From contig DWZK01000076.1 of assembly GCA_019117605.1 (NCBI GenBank), forward strand, positions 1,962-33,961: a stretch of 32,000 bases of DNA. Direction: 5' to 3'. The notes beneath the pieces were generated by a model. It saw only the letters and a program-made list of their open reading frames with translations. It was not told where the DNA came from and did not search any database. Origin of the DNA: Candidatus Intestinimonas stercoravium (lineage in GTDB: Bacteria; Bacillota; Clostridia; Oscillospirales; Oscillospiraceae). A program made the translations under genes and the position numbers. Of the stretch, positions 21,885 through 30,459 are shown in pieces (position 1 is the first letter of the stretch; each line of letters starts with the position of its first letter).

Positions 21885-22184
21885 ATGCCCATCCATCTCC
21901 CTGACGATCTGGTCACACAGCTGCCTGCCCTGGCCCGGAAATACGGCGCCCAGCGGCTGGTGCTGTTCGGCTCCCGGGCCCGGGGCGACCACCGCCCCCG
22001 CAGCGACATCGATCTGGCTATTTATGATATGCCGGAGGAGAACCGGGGGGGCTTCTGGCTGGAGGTCGAAGAACTTCCCACCTTGCTGAAATTTGACCTT
22101 GTCCACATCTCTCCCGGCATGGATCCCGTATTCCTCGGCAACATCGAAAAGGACGGTGTGACGCTCTATGCTTCAGAAGATTGA
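21885..22184 (+). CDS. Minimal nucleotidyltransferase (MNT / MntA-like antitoxin)
   Basis: ...LVLFGSRARGDHRPRSDIDLAI... is the GSxxxG...DxD nucleotidyltransferase core. 99 aa. Overlaps the downstream HEPN gene by 17 nt. Confidence 0.8.
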   Translation: MPIHLPDDLVTQLPALARKYGAQRLVLFGSRARGDHRPRSDIDLAIYDMPEENRGGFWLEVEELPTLLKFDLVHISPGMDPVFLGNIEKDGVTLYASED

Positions 22185-22668
22185 AAACTATAAACGCGCT
22201 CTGGCGCAGCTGGAGGAAGCCGTCAAACGCTACCGGCAATCTCCGGAGGATACACTGTACCGGGACGGTCTGATCCAACGCTTTGAGTTTACTGTAGAAC
22301 TGGCCTGGAAGTCCATGAAGGAATATCTGGAGGACCAGGGCATGGTCCTCTCCATCGCCTCCCCCCGCGGGATCCTGAAAGAAGCCTACGCCGCTGGTGC
22401 CCTCGAGGATGGCGACCAGTGGAACAAGATCCTGACCGCTCGTAATTTAACTTCCCATGTCTACGATGAGGCCACAGCATCTAACATCGCGCAGCAGATC
22501 TGCGCGGAGTTTCTGGACCCGTTACAAGCTCTCATGCACTTGTATGAGGGAGAACAGACGACCCCCTTCGATTCCGCCGTCGATCAGGCACACCTGCGCC
22601 AGACTATTGCCGGCCTGGACGCTGGAAACGGTTCGCCCTACAAGCTGAGCGAGACGGAGCATAAGTAA
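22168..22668 (+). CDS. HEPN-domain protein, HI0074 / nucleotidyltransferase substrate-binding family (HepT-like toxin)
   Basis: N-terminal ...NYKRALAQLEEAV..., plus ARNLTSHVYD, which contains the Rx4H HEPN motif. At 166 aa it has about 30 extra C-terminal residues. Confidence 0.75.
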   Translation: MLQKIENYKRALAQLEEAVKRYRQSPEDTLYRDGLIQRFEFTVELAWKSMKEYLEDQGMVLSIASPRGILKEAYAAGALEDGDQWNKILTARNLTSHVYDEATASNIAQQICAEFLDPLQALMHLYEGEQTTPFDSAVDQAHLRQTIAGLDAGNGSPYKLSETEHK

Positions 22669-22672
22669 AAGA

Positions 22673-22692
22673 GCCGGGGCTGCGGCCCCGGC
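22673..22692 (+). terminator. Stem-loop after the HEPN gene
   Basis: GCCGGGGC-TGCG-GCCCCGGC, followed by CTTTAAAAG. The T-tract is weak. Confidence 0.45.
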
Positions 22693-22749
22693 CTTTAAAA
22701 GTCCATTTATCGAACACTTGTGCTGTTTGTCGAAGCGGGAGGTGTTACT

Positions 22750-24237
22750 ATGGACGCTGCCCAATACCTGCGCAAGTCCCGGATGGAGGAGGGCATGGAC
22801 ACAGAGGAAGTGCTCGCCAAGCACCGGAAGGCTCTGGCGGAGTACGCCGCCGCCCACGGGGTCCATATCATCGAGACCTACTACGAGGTGGTCAGCGGCG
22901 AGAGCCTGTACGCCCGTCCGGAGATGCTGCGGCTCCTGGAGGACGTGGAGGACGGGAAGTATGATGCCGTACTAGTGATGGACCTGGACCGTCTCTCCCG
23001 CGGCCGTATGAAAGACCAGGGCATCATCCTGGACGCCCTTCGGGAGTCTGGCACTCTCATCATCACCCCGGAGAAGACCTACGATCTCTCCGACGATCTG
23101 GATGACGAGATGGCGGAGTTCAAGACCTTTATGTCCCGCCGGGAGTACAAGATCATCAATAAGCGCCTGCGCCGTGGTCTGCGTCAGACCATCCAAGAGG
23201 GCTGCTATGTGGCCAACGCCCCTTACGGCTACCGGAAGGTCACTGTAGACCGCAAGCCCACCCTGGAGATCGTAGAGGAGGAGGCCAAGTTCGTCCGTAT
23301 GATGTACGAGATGTATGTGGACGGATTCGGATGCGTCTCCATAGCCCGCCACGTCAACTCCCTGGGGGCAAAGCCCCGCCGGACCGACGCTTTCAGCAGG
23401 AACTCCGTGGCCAATATCCTGAAGAACCCAACATATATCGGGAAGATCGTATGGGACCAGAAGAAGCACATCCGTAAGGGCAGCAGAGGCAACCCGAAGC
23501 ACATCACCATCTACCAGCCTCGGGAGCAGTGGACCATCGTGGATGGTATCCATCCCGCCATCGTTTCCAAGGAGCTCTACGAGAAGGCCCAGGCGGTCAT
23601 GGCTGGCCGCTATGTCCCAGCCTCCAATGATGGCACCGTCCGGAGCCCCTTGGCCGGCCTGGTCCGCTGTGCCAACTGCGGACACCACATGCAGCGCATG
23701 GCGGTAGGCACCAAACAGCCCTACCTTCTGTGCAACACCCCCGGCTGCTGCGCCAGCGCTAAGTTCGACCTGGTAGAGCAGGCCATCCTAGACCACCTAG
23801 CCAAGCTCTTGGCAGAGCTTTCCGTGAGCAGGCCGGCGGCGGAAGTCAAGGGGACGGACTACCAGGAGGCCCGATTAGAGACGCTTCGGAAGGAAGCTGC
23901 CGCCGCTGAAGTGCAGAAAGGGCGGCTCTATGATCTGCTGGAGCAGGGCGTTTATGATGTAGCCACTTTCCGGGAACGTATGGAGAAGGTGAAGGCCCGG
24001 ATCTCTTTCCTGGAGCGGGAGAGCTCCTCTCTACAGCGGACCATTCAGGCCGCGCGGCAGCTGGACCCGCAGATCCTTGCGGCCCGGATCCGCGCGGTGC
24101 TGGATGCCTATCAGGAGTCGGACCCGGCCCATCGGAACGCTCTGCTCCGTAGCGTCTTCGACGTAGTGTGGTACACCAAAGAGAAGAAGACCAAGCCTAC
24201 CGACTTCATCCTTCGATTTGACCTCAATCCCAACTGA
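22750..24237 (+). CDS. Large serine recombinase (phage integrase)
   Basis: N-terminal resolvase-type catalytic region AQYLRKSRMEE...DAVLVMDLDRLSR. Recombinase and zinc-ribbon region (CANCGHHM...LLCNTPGC) and a C-terminal coiled coil follow. GGGAGG RBS precedes ATG 22750. Confidence 0.85.
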   Translation: MDAAQYLRKSRMEEGMDTEEVLAKHRKALAEYAAAHGVHIIETYYEVVSGESLYARPEMLRLLEDVEDGKYDAVLVMDLDRLSRGRMKDQGIILDALRESGTLIITPEKTYDLSDDLDDEMAEFKTFMSRREYKIINKRLRRGLRQTIQEGCYVANAPYGYRKVTVDRKPTLEIVEEEAKFVRMMYEMYVDGFGCVSIARHVNSLGAKPRRTDAFSRNSVANILKNPTYIGKIVWDQKKHIRKGSRGNPKHITIYQPREQWTIVDGIHPAIVSKELYEKAQAVMAGRYVPASNDGTVRSPLAGLVRCANCGHHMQRMAVGTKQPYLLCNTPGCCASAKFDLVEQAILDHLAKLLAELSVSRPAAEVKGTDYQEARLETLRKEAAAAEVQKGRLYDLLEQGVYDVATFRERMEKVKARISFLERESSSLQRTIQAARQLDPQILAARIRAVLDAYQESDPAHRNALLRSVFDVVWYTKEKKTKPTDFILRFDLNPN

Positions 24238-24287
24238 CCGGCGGCCCTTTCCCTATCTGCCGGATGCCGGATATTATTAGTTTATAA

Positions 24288-25043
24288 AGTGCTATATCTT
24301 CCGATAAGGACTGCATCGAGGACCTGCGCTTCTACCCCACTCAGAGCTCCCAGTGCGCCATCGACCGCGCCATCAGCGTGAAGGCCGGGAAAGCCGAGCT
24401 GCTCTATGTGTACATCGACGTGGAGCCGGTGGGCTTCAACCGGGGCTTCTTCACTGTGGACGTCCGCTATTTCTACCGGGTCACCGCCGACGCCTTCGTG
24501 GGCGCCGCCCGGCCGGTGGAGATCAGCGGCCTGTGCGTCTTTGACAAGCGGGTCATCCTCTTCGGCAGCGAGGGGAACGCCAAAGTCTTCACCTCTCAGA
24601 CCTCCCTGGAGAGCCTGGGCGAGCAGGAGCTCCGCTGCACCAACCTCCCCACCGCCGTGGTAGAGGCCGTGGATCCGATCATCCTGGGGATGAAGCTGGT
24701 AGACGTATGCGAGTGCCGTCCCTGCGACTGCGAGCTCACCGAGATCCCCCCCTGTATCTGCTCCTGCTTCGGCAGCGACCTCAGCTTCGGCAGCGAGGGG
24801 AAGCGGGTATATGTCACCCTGGGCCAGTTCTCTCTGATCCGCCTGGAGCGCGAGACCCAGCTCCTTATCCCCGCCTATGACTACTGCATGCCCGAGAAGG
24901 AGTGCACCTGCGGCGGCTGTGAGGACGATCCCTGCGAGATCTTCCGCCAGGTGAAATTCCCGGTGGATGAGTTCTTCCCCCCCAACAGCCTCCACAGCGG
25001 CGGCTGCGGCTGCAATATCCCTGAGCCCGGCTGCTGCAAGTGA
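24288..25043 (+). pseudogene. 3' portion of a Cys-rich host gene, apparently split by the prophage
   Basis: The frame is open from just after TAA 24285-24287 and reads SAISSDKDCIEDLRFYPTQSSQCAIDRAIS before the first possible start (GTG 24378). That start has no RBS. The protein-like upstream stretch contains no ATG, GTG or TTG. Confidence 0.55.
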
Positions 25044-25062
25044 CCTTCCCTGTGGTGCGAAA

Positions 25063-25086
25063 GGGCCCGGCCGCTCGGCCGGGCCC
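25063..25086 (+). terminator. Intrinsic terminator-like hairpin after the Cys-rich gene
   Basis: Perfect 10-bp stem GGGCCCGGCC-GCTC-GGCCGGGCCC, followed by CTGTTCGTCTG. Confidence 0.55.
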
Positions 25087-25194
25087 CTGTTCGTCTGCCC
25101 CTCCTGTCTCCACGCAAAACACAAACAGTCTCCAGATCCGCTCCATACAGCGCTGCTACCCTGAGGAACGATCTCAAGCAGAAAGGATAGTGAC

Positions 25195-26058
25195 ATGATG
25201 GAGATCCATATCCAAAACGTCGGCATGACCTACCCCAACGGGAGGCAGGCGCTGAAAGATCTCACCCTCGACCTGCGCGCCCCAAGCCTGGTCGGCCTCC
25301 TGGGCCCCAACGGCGCGGGCAAGTCCACGCTGATGAAGCTGCTGGTGGCCGCTCTGTCGCCCACATCCGGCTCTATCCAGGTGGACGGGCGCCCTCTCGC
25401 AGAGGCGGAGGGGCTGCTGAAGGCACAGCTGGGCTATCTGCCCCAGGACTTCGGCCTGTTCGATGAGCTCACCGCGGCCCAGTTCCTGGACTATATGGCC
25501 GCGCTGAAGGGCCTGCCCGCCCCCCGGGCCGCCGTCCAGGAGGCGATCCGGGCCGTCTGTCTGGAGGAGAGAGCGGCGGCCAGGATCCGCACTCTGTCGG
25601 GCGGCCAGCGCCAGCGGGTGGGGATCGCGCAGGCCCTGCTGGGCGGCCCCCGCCTCCTGATCCTGGACGAGCCTACGGTGGGACTGGACCCGGAGGAGCG
25701 CATCCACTTCCGCAATCTGTTCTCCCAGACGGCCCAGGACCGTCTGGTCCTCCTGTCCACCCATATCATCGAAGATGTGCAGTCGGTGTGCGACCGGCTC
25801 GTGGTCATCGACCGCGGCGAGATCCTCTTCACCGGGACGCCGGCACAGCTGATCCAGTCCGCCGCCGGTCATGTAGGGGCCTTCTGGGAGCTGGAGGCCG
25901 CACAGGAGGAGGGGATGCACATCACCGCCAGGGTCAACACCAGCCGTGGCATCCGGTGCCGGGCCGTGGCGGAGACGCTGCCCCCGTATGCCCAGCGGGA
26001 GGAGCCCTCGCTGGAGGACGCCTACCTCTATCTGATCTCCAGGGAGGGCGACCGATGA
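25195..26058 (+). CDS. ABC transporter ATP-binding protein
   Basis: Walker A GPNGAGKST, signature LSGGQRQR, Walker B LLILDEPT. AAAGGA RBS is present. Confidence 0.9.
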   Translation: MMEIHIQNVGMTYPNGRQALKDLTLDLRAPSLVGLLGPNGAGKSTLMKLLVAALSPTSGSIQVDGRPLAEAEGLLKAQLGYLPQDFGLFDELTAAQFLDYMAALKGLPAPRAAVQEAIRAVCLEERAAARIRTLSGGQRQRVGIAQALLGGPRLLILDEPTVGLDPEERIHFRNLFSQTAQDRLVLLSTHIIEDVQSVCDRLVVIDRGEILFTGTPAQLIQSAAGHVGAFWELEAAQEEGMHITARVNTSRGIRCRAVAETLPPYAQREEPSLEDAYLYLISREGDR

Positions 26059-28241
26059 AAGGGCTGCGGCTGTTCCCTCTGGAGCTGGGACGGCTCCTGC
26101 AGAGCCGTCTGACCTGGCTGGCGGCCCTTCTGACCGTGCTGTCCCCTTTGACGGGCCTCTTCCTGTACAGAACCACCTCCGCCGGCACCATGCTCTCCAT
26201 GTACCTTGCCGACCCGGCCGTCGCGGGCGGCATCGTGGGCGGCATCCTGTTCGGGCTGCTCACGGTGTTCGAGCTGGACCGCTCGGCCCGCAGCCGTGTG
26301 GACGTGCTGCTGGACGCGGCAGTCTCTCCCCTCTGTATGGCCCTGGTGCGCCTGCTGGCCCTGACCGCGGCCGCGGCGCTGACAGCAGGCATCACCATGC
26401 TGGTGTGGCTGCCCATCAGCCGCGGCCTGATCGGCTCCGTCTTCAGCGGTGTGGACTATGTCCTGGCCTACCTCCTCTTTATGGGCCTGGCCCTCCCCCT
26501 GGCCATCCTGGCCGCCGCCTCAGCCTATCAGTTCACCCGGCGGGCGGACCTGTCTCTGGTGCTCTTCGCCGCCTTCGCCGGGCTCAGCCTGACCGTCTGG
26601 GCGGATGACTGGCAGCTCTGCTGGCTCAACCCCTGCGTGTGGGCCCTGTCCGATGATTTTACCAACTTCCGGCTGTTCCGCTCGGTGGCATATATGCGCT
26701 TGACCTGGCTGGCGGCGCTCTCCGGGCTCTGGGCCCTGTCCCGGCTGTGCGTCCGCCAGTACGGGAAGGGGCCCTTGGGGTCCCTGGTCCGGAACGCCCG
26801 GCGGGCCTATCGTCCGGCCATCGCCCTGCTGCTCTTGGCCTGTTCCGGCACTGCCTACGCGGCCCAGCCCTTTTATGATGACAGCGACCCGGATCTGAGT
26901 GCGGCGCAGCTCTATGAGCTGGACTACGCCCAGGGCGTCACCTTCTTAAACCGCACCATCCAGCTGATGCCGGACACCGAGGCCGGGACGGTGGCGGGCC
27001 GGGCCGTCTACCGCTTCCAGAATACCTCTGGCCGGGGGTGGACCGCCTATTTCGGACTGGACCCGGGCTATGAGCTGAATGCCTCCATCAACGGCACTGA
27101 GCTCCCCGCCGTCCGCACCGGCTATGAGGAGAGCAACATGGCCCTTTGGGAGCTCTCCATTCCGGAGGGCGAGCAGGTGGAGCTGGAACTGGAGTATGGA
27201 GGGTTCCCCAAGGACTGGAACATCTCCTCCACCAGCCAAGGTGCACCGGAGGTCAGCGGGGTATACCTGTGCCTGGAGAACCAGCGGCTGGCCCCCTACC
27301 TGCTGAACGTGCTGCCCGGGGAGACGGGCTATCCCACCACTGTGGAGATCACCCTGCCCGCCTCCATGACCGCCATTCCCTTTGGGCCCAGCGATGCGTC
27401 AGTGATCGCGGAGAACGGGGACGGCACCAGGACCTGGCGCTATGAGAGCAGCAGCCGGGGCGGCATCCTCTATGCCGGGGACTATATCCGGGAGGACATC
27501 GAGGCCGGCGGCATCACCATAGCGTTCTACTACGGCCGCAAACATCAGGCCGTGATGGAGGCCGCCGGGGCGGCAGAGGCCGTGAAGGCAGTGGTGGACT
27601 ACTGTACCGAGCATTACGGCCCCCTGTCCTTTGGCGCGGGCGGCACTCTCAAGCTGATCCAGAGCAGGGTCTCTGGCGGCGGCTATGCCGCCGACGGGGC
27701 CAGTCTGATGGACGAGCAGGATCTCACCGCCGCCGATCTGGAGGACCGAGGCAAAGGCGCTTCCGCCGGCGAGGTGATGATCCATGAACTGGTCCACCAG
27801 TGGTGGGGCCTGGGCAACATGTTCGACAGCGCCGGGGACGCGAGCCCCTGGTCCGCGGAGGGCCTGACCGTCTACACCACCTACCGCATCGTCAAGGCCC
27901 TCTATGGCGAGGCATACGCCCGTGAGAACTATATAGCCCACTGGCAGCAAGTCGTGGACGACTACTATCTGGATTTCTATGTCCGCCATCCGGAGCATCT
28001 GGAGAGGCTGCCGGAGGAAGCGCGGCTGGAGATATCCAACAGCTTGACCTATGTGCGTCAGTACTGCGAGATGCCGCTGAAGATCCTGAAGGCCGAGGCG
28101 CTGGTCGGCGGCGAGGATGCCTTGGACCAGATCCTCCACGACCTGTTCGTCCGAGAGCTGGACCCGGCATATCCCTACCTGACCTATCAGGACTTTTTAG
28201 ACGCCTGCGGGCTGAAGGAGGAGGACCTGGACCTTGCGTAG
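26055..28241 (+). CDS. ABC-type permease domain fused to an M1-family (gluzincin) peptidase domain
   Basis: ATG 26055 overlaps the ATPase stop (ATGA). The N-terminal ~300 aa is multi-pass hydrophobic. The C-terminal domain has HELVHQWWG...WSAEG (HExxH plus a distal Glu) near 27783-27860. Confidence 0.75.
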   Translation: MKGLRLFPLELGRLLQSRLTWLAALLTVLSPLTGLFLYRTTSAGTMLSMYLADPAVAGGIVGGILFGLLTVFELDRSARSRVDVLLDAAVSPLCMALVRLLALTAAAALTAGITMLVWLPISRGLIGSVFSGVDYVLAYLLFMGLALPLAILAAASAYQFTRRADLSLVLFAAFAGLSLTVWADDWQLCWLNPCVWALSDDFTNFRLFRSVAYMRLTWLAALSGLWALSRLCVRQYGKGPLGSLVRNARRAYRPAIALLLLACSGTAYAAQPFYDDSDPDLSAAQLYELDYAQGVTFLNRTIQLMPDTEAGTVAGRAVYRFQNTSGRGWTAYFGLDPGYELNASINGTELPAVRTGYEESNMALWELSIPEGEQVELELEYGGFPKDWNISSTSQGAPEVSGVYLCLENQRLAPYLLNVLPGETGYPTTVEITLPASMTAIPFGPSDASVIAENGDGTRTWRYESSSRGGILYAGDYIREDIEAGGITIAFYYGRKHQAVMEAAGAAEAVKAVVDYCTEHYGPLSFGAGGTLKLIQSRVSGGGYAADGASLMDEQDLTAADLEDRGKGASAGEVMIHELVHQWWGLGNMFDSAGDASPWSAEGLTVYTTYRIVKALYGEAYARENYIAHWQQVVDDYYLDFYVRHPEHLERLPEEARLEISNSLTYVRQYCEMPLKILKAEALVGGEDALDQILHDLFVRELDPAYPYLTYQDFLDACGLKEEDLDLA

Positions 28242-28947
28242 GATATTTGGATATGAGTGCAGGCGGCTGCTGTGCAACAAGTTTTTCTTCGGGATCTTGC
28301 TGGTGCTCCTCGCCTATGGCTGGCAGGTGCTGCGCAGCGTCACCATTTTGGGGGTGTCCCACACCGCCCCCTTCTCCCCCTGGAGCTTCGGGGACTATCT
28401 GAGCCGTCTGCTCCCCCTGCTGTGGCTCGGGGCCCTGTTCTTCCTGACCTTCTTCACCTCGGCCGGGGCCAGGCGCGCCGCCGCGCTCACCGGCGCCGCC
28501 CCGGTGGATCCCCGCCTCTATGCCCTGGTCCGGTGCGCCGCCGCCCTGACGGGGACCGGGCTGCTGGTGCTGGCCTGTCTGGCGGGAGCCGCTGTATTCT
28601 ACGGCCGCTATTTCGGCTGGTACGGGTGGGGGGAGCTGCTGGCCCCCGCAGCGGTCGCTCTGCTCCCTCCCCTGGTCTTTGCCCTGGGGAGCGGCTGGCT
28701 CCTGGGGCGCATCAGGCCCTGGCTGGTATACGTCTGGATGGCGGTCCCCTTCATATGCGCGGCCCTGCCGCTGCCGGCGGCTCTCGGGCTCTGGAACGGG
28801 ACCTTCTTCACCGGGTATCCTCTGACCCTGGATGCGCTGGACCCGGCATTCACAGTACCGGCAGCCGTCATGCTGGCCCAATGCGGGCTGCTCGCGGCCG
28901 GCGTCGCGCTGCTGGCGCTCCGCCCCGGCAGGAGCCGCCCCAGCTGA
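28234..28947 (+). CDS. Polytopic membrane protein (ABC-2-like accessory permease?)
   Basis: 237 aa with about 6 hydrophobic segments. TTG start overlaps the upstream stop. Confidence 0.6.
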   Translation: MRRIFGYECRRLLCNKFFFGILLVLLAYGWQVLRSVTILGVSHTAPFSPWSFGDYLSRLLPLLWLGALFFLTFFTSAGARRAAALTGAAPVDPRLYALVRCAAALTGTGLLVLACLAGAAVFYGRYFGWYGWGELLAPAAVALLPPLVFALGSGWLLGRIRPWLVYVWMAVPFICAALPLPAALGLWNGTFFTGYPLTLDALDPAFTVPAAVMLAQCGLLAAGVALLALRPGRSRPS

Positions 28948-29005
28948 CCGGATGCGGCGCACTGCGCGCCTCGTGCAGCATACGGCGGCCCCCTCCTGAC
29001 AAGAG

Positions 29006-29039
29006 GACGCCGCAGGACGGTCACCCGTCCTGCGGCGTC
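29006..29039. terminator. Bidirectional hairpin between convergent genes
   Basis: Perfect 15-bp stem GACGCCGCAGGACGG-TCAC-CCGTCCTGCGGCGTC. There is no clear U-tract on either strand. Confidence 0.5.
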
Positions 29040-29076
29040 TCTGTGTCCATATCGCTCTTCTGCCGTCCCTCTAGCC

Positions 29077-30459
29077 TCAGATCGTCACGACAGGCTCACA
29101 GCAGCGGTAGTCTGTGTCGATATCATGGGCGATGAAGCGCGCCCTGAGGTCCCGCTGCCTGCACATGCAGCCGGTCGGGCCGCTGGAGACGTCCAGGTCC
29201 TCCGGGAGCACGAATTTGATGCATTTGACCAATACGTCCCGGCAGGACGGATAGTCGTGGGCAGGGATGGTCATCGCCTTCATGCCCCGTTGATGCTCCA
29301 CGCCGTTCTCATCCACTTCGGTGAGGATCACCGCCAGGGCCACCCGCTTGCCGGGGCAGACGTTTTTGATCGTCACATCCAGCTGTACGATCCGGCCCTG
29401 GGACTCCAGATAGATGTCGCCCAGATCCACCGATACGGCGTCGGAGCACCCGGCCACGGTCAGATCTACCGGCACAGGGCACTCCTCGGGGTGGACCACC
29501 ACATCACATTCCACTGTGACCGTCGGCGCGGGGAAAGAGACCACGTTCCCCTCCGCGTCGGAGTAAGTGATGGACTCGTTGACCAGTTTGGTCCCCTGGG
29601 TCTGGCTCACATGCCGGACGAAGAATCCCAGCACGGCGCTCTCACTGGCGCTGACTCCCAGCTGAGGGATGGTCCACCGCAGGGACCGGGCGTCCAGCAT
29701 GGAAGCGGAGCCCTTGGCCGGCGTCAGCACGTTGGTGATCACGAGATCCGGCGAGACGACCTCATCGATCACGATATCGGTGGCGCCCGGCTTGGAGATA
29801 TTGGCCGCCAGTTCGGCGAACAGTTCCTCCAGATCCGCCGCGTTGGGCGTGATCGCCACATGGGCCGCGTCCGGATCGCTGGCCCACTCATTCAAAGTGT
29901 CCACATCCACGCCGTCCGATCCGACCAGCCCGATGCAGTAGATGATGATCCCCTGGGCCTTGGCCGCGGCGGCCACCGGAGCGGGCGGAGCGCCCGCCGT
30001 GGTGTTCCCGTCGGTGAACATCACGATCACCTTGGCGTTGCTGGACGCGAAGTCGAAGAGCTGTATCGCCTTGGTGAACGCGTCGGCGTGGTCAGTGTTC
30101 CCGCCGGCGCTCAGACTGTCCACAGCGTCCTTCAGCGTGTCCACAGAGGTGATGAGCTGTGTGTCTGCCACGGCGTCGCTGGCAAAGCTGACGATCCCGA
30201 TATGGCTGCCGGAGCCGATCTGCCCGTCCTTCACGCCGTCCGTCGCCTCTTCGATGATATCGATAAAGGTCTTGGTGCCGGCCTTCATGCTCGCCAGCGG
30301 CGTCCCCGCCATGCTGCCCGAGCGGTCCAGTACCAAGACGATGTCGGTGGGGTTCGAGATGATATCCGGAGCGGCCGTCAGGGCCAGCGTCACACGCAGA
30401 GTCCCATCGCAGCCGATGCGCTCCCTGTCGATCACCTTATTCGAGTTCGTAACACCCAT
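29077..30459 (-). CDS. von Willebrand factor A (vWA) domain protein with a Cys-bearing C-terminal domain
   Basis: AGGAGG RBS precedes ATG 30459. MIDAS motif VLVLDRSGSM plus ...VIVMFTDG... No obvious signal peptide. The 878-aa track ORF is this gene plus an off-frame extension through the MATE gene. Confidence 0.8.
   Translation of the reverse strand: MGVTNSNKVIDRERIGCDGTLRVTLALTAAPDIISNPTDIVLVLDRSGSMAGTPLASMKAGTKTFIDIIEEATDGVKDGQIGSGSHIGIVSFASDAVADTQLITSVDTLKDAVDSLSAGGNTDHADAFTKAIQLFDFASSNAKVIVMFTDGNTTAGAPPAPVAAAAKAQGIIIYCIGLVGSDGVDVDTLNEWASDPDAAHVAITPNAADLEELFAELAANISKPGATDIVIDEVVSPDLVITNVLTPAKGSASMLDARSLRWTIPQLGVSASESAVLGFFVRHVSQTQGTKLVNESITYSDAEGNVVSFPAPTVTVECDVVVHPEECPVPVDLTVAGCSDAVSVDLGDIYLESQGRIVQLDVTIKNVCPGKRVALAVILTEVDENGVEHQRGMKAMTIPAHDYPSCRDVLVKCIKFVLPEDLDVSSGPTGCMCRQRDLRARFIAHDIDTDYRCCEPVVTI

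Larger units (their letters stand above)
1..24290. mobile_element. Temperate siphovirus-type prophage, right-hand ~24 kb. HK97-like head module, with a large serine recombinase at the right end. The left end is outside the window.
   Basis: Gap-free, mostly overlapping gene order on the minus strand: regulators, replication, packaging, head, connectors, tail. The repressor, cargo genes and integrase are on the plus strand. Right boundary is inferred at ~24,262-24,308, where an AT-rich patch meets a start-less host ORF. Confidence 0.85.

Noticed and set aside
24282-25226. 314-aa minus-strand ORF
   Set aside because: It is antisense to the Cys-rich host gene and runs through its terminator hairpin. 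It has a low-complexity Ala/Gly/Glu composition.
25788-26054. Upstream extension of the permease-M1 ORF (track start 25788)
   Set aside because: The extension overlaps the 3' end of the ABC ATPase gene out of frame and is Arg/Gly/Pro-rich. ATG 26055 overlaps the ATPase stop (ATGA) and opens onto a hydrophobic N-terminus.
27892-28962. 356-aa minus-strand ORF, plus 27399..28139 and 29125..30627 on opposite strands
   Set aside because: They are antisense to the M1 peptidase and membrane protein genes and to the vWA gene. Their compositions are extremely Gly/Pro/Arg/Gln-rich and they have no RBS.
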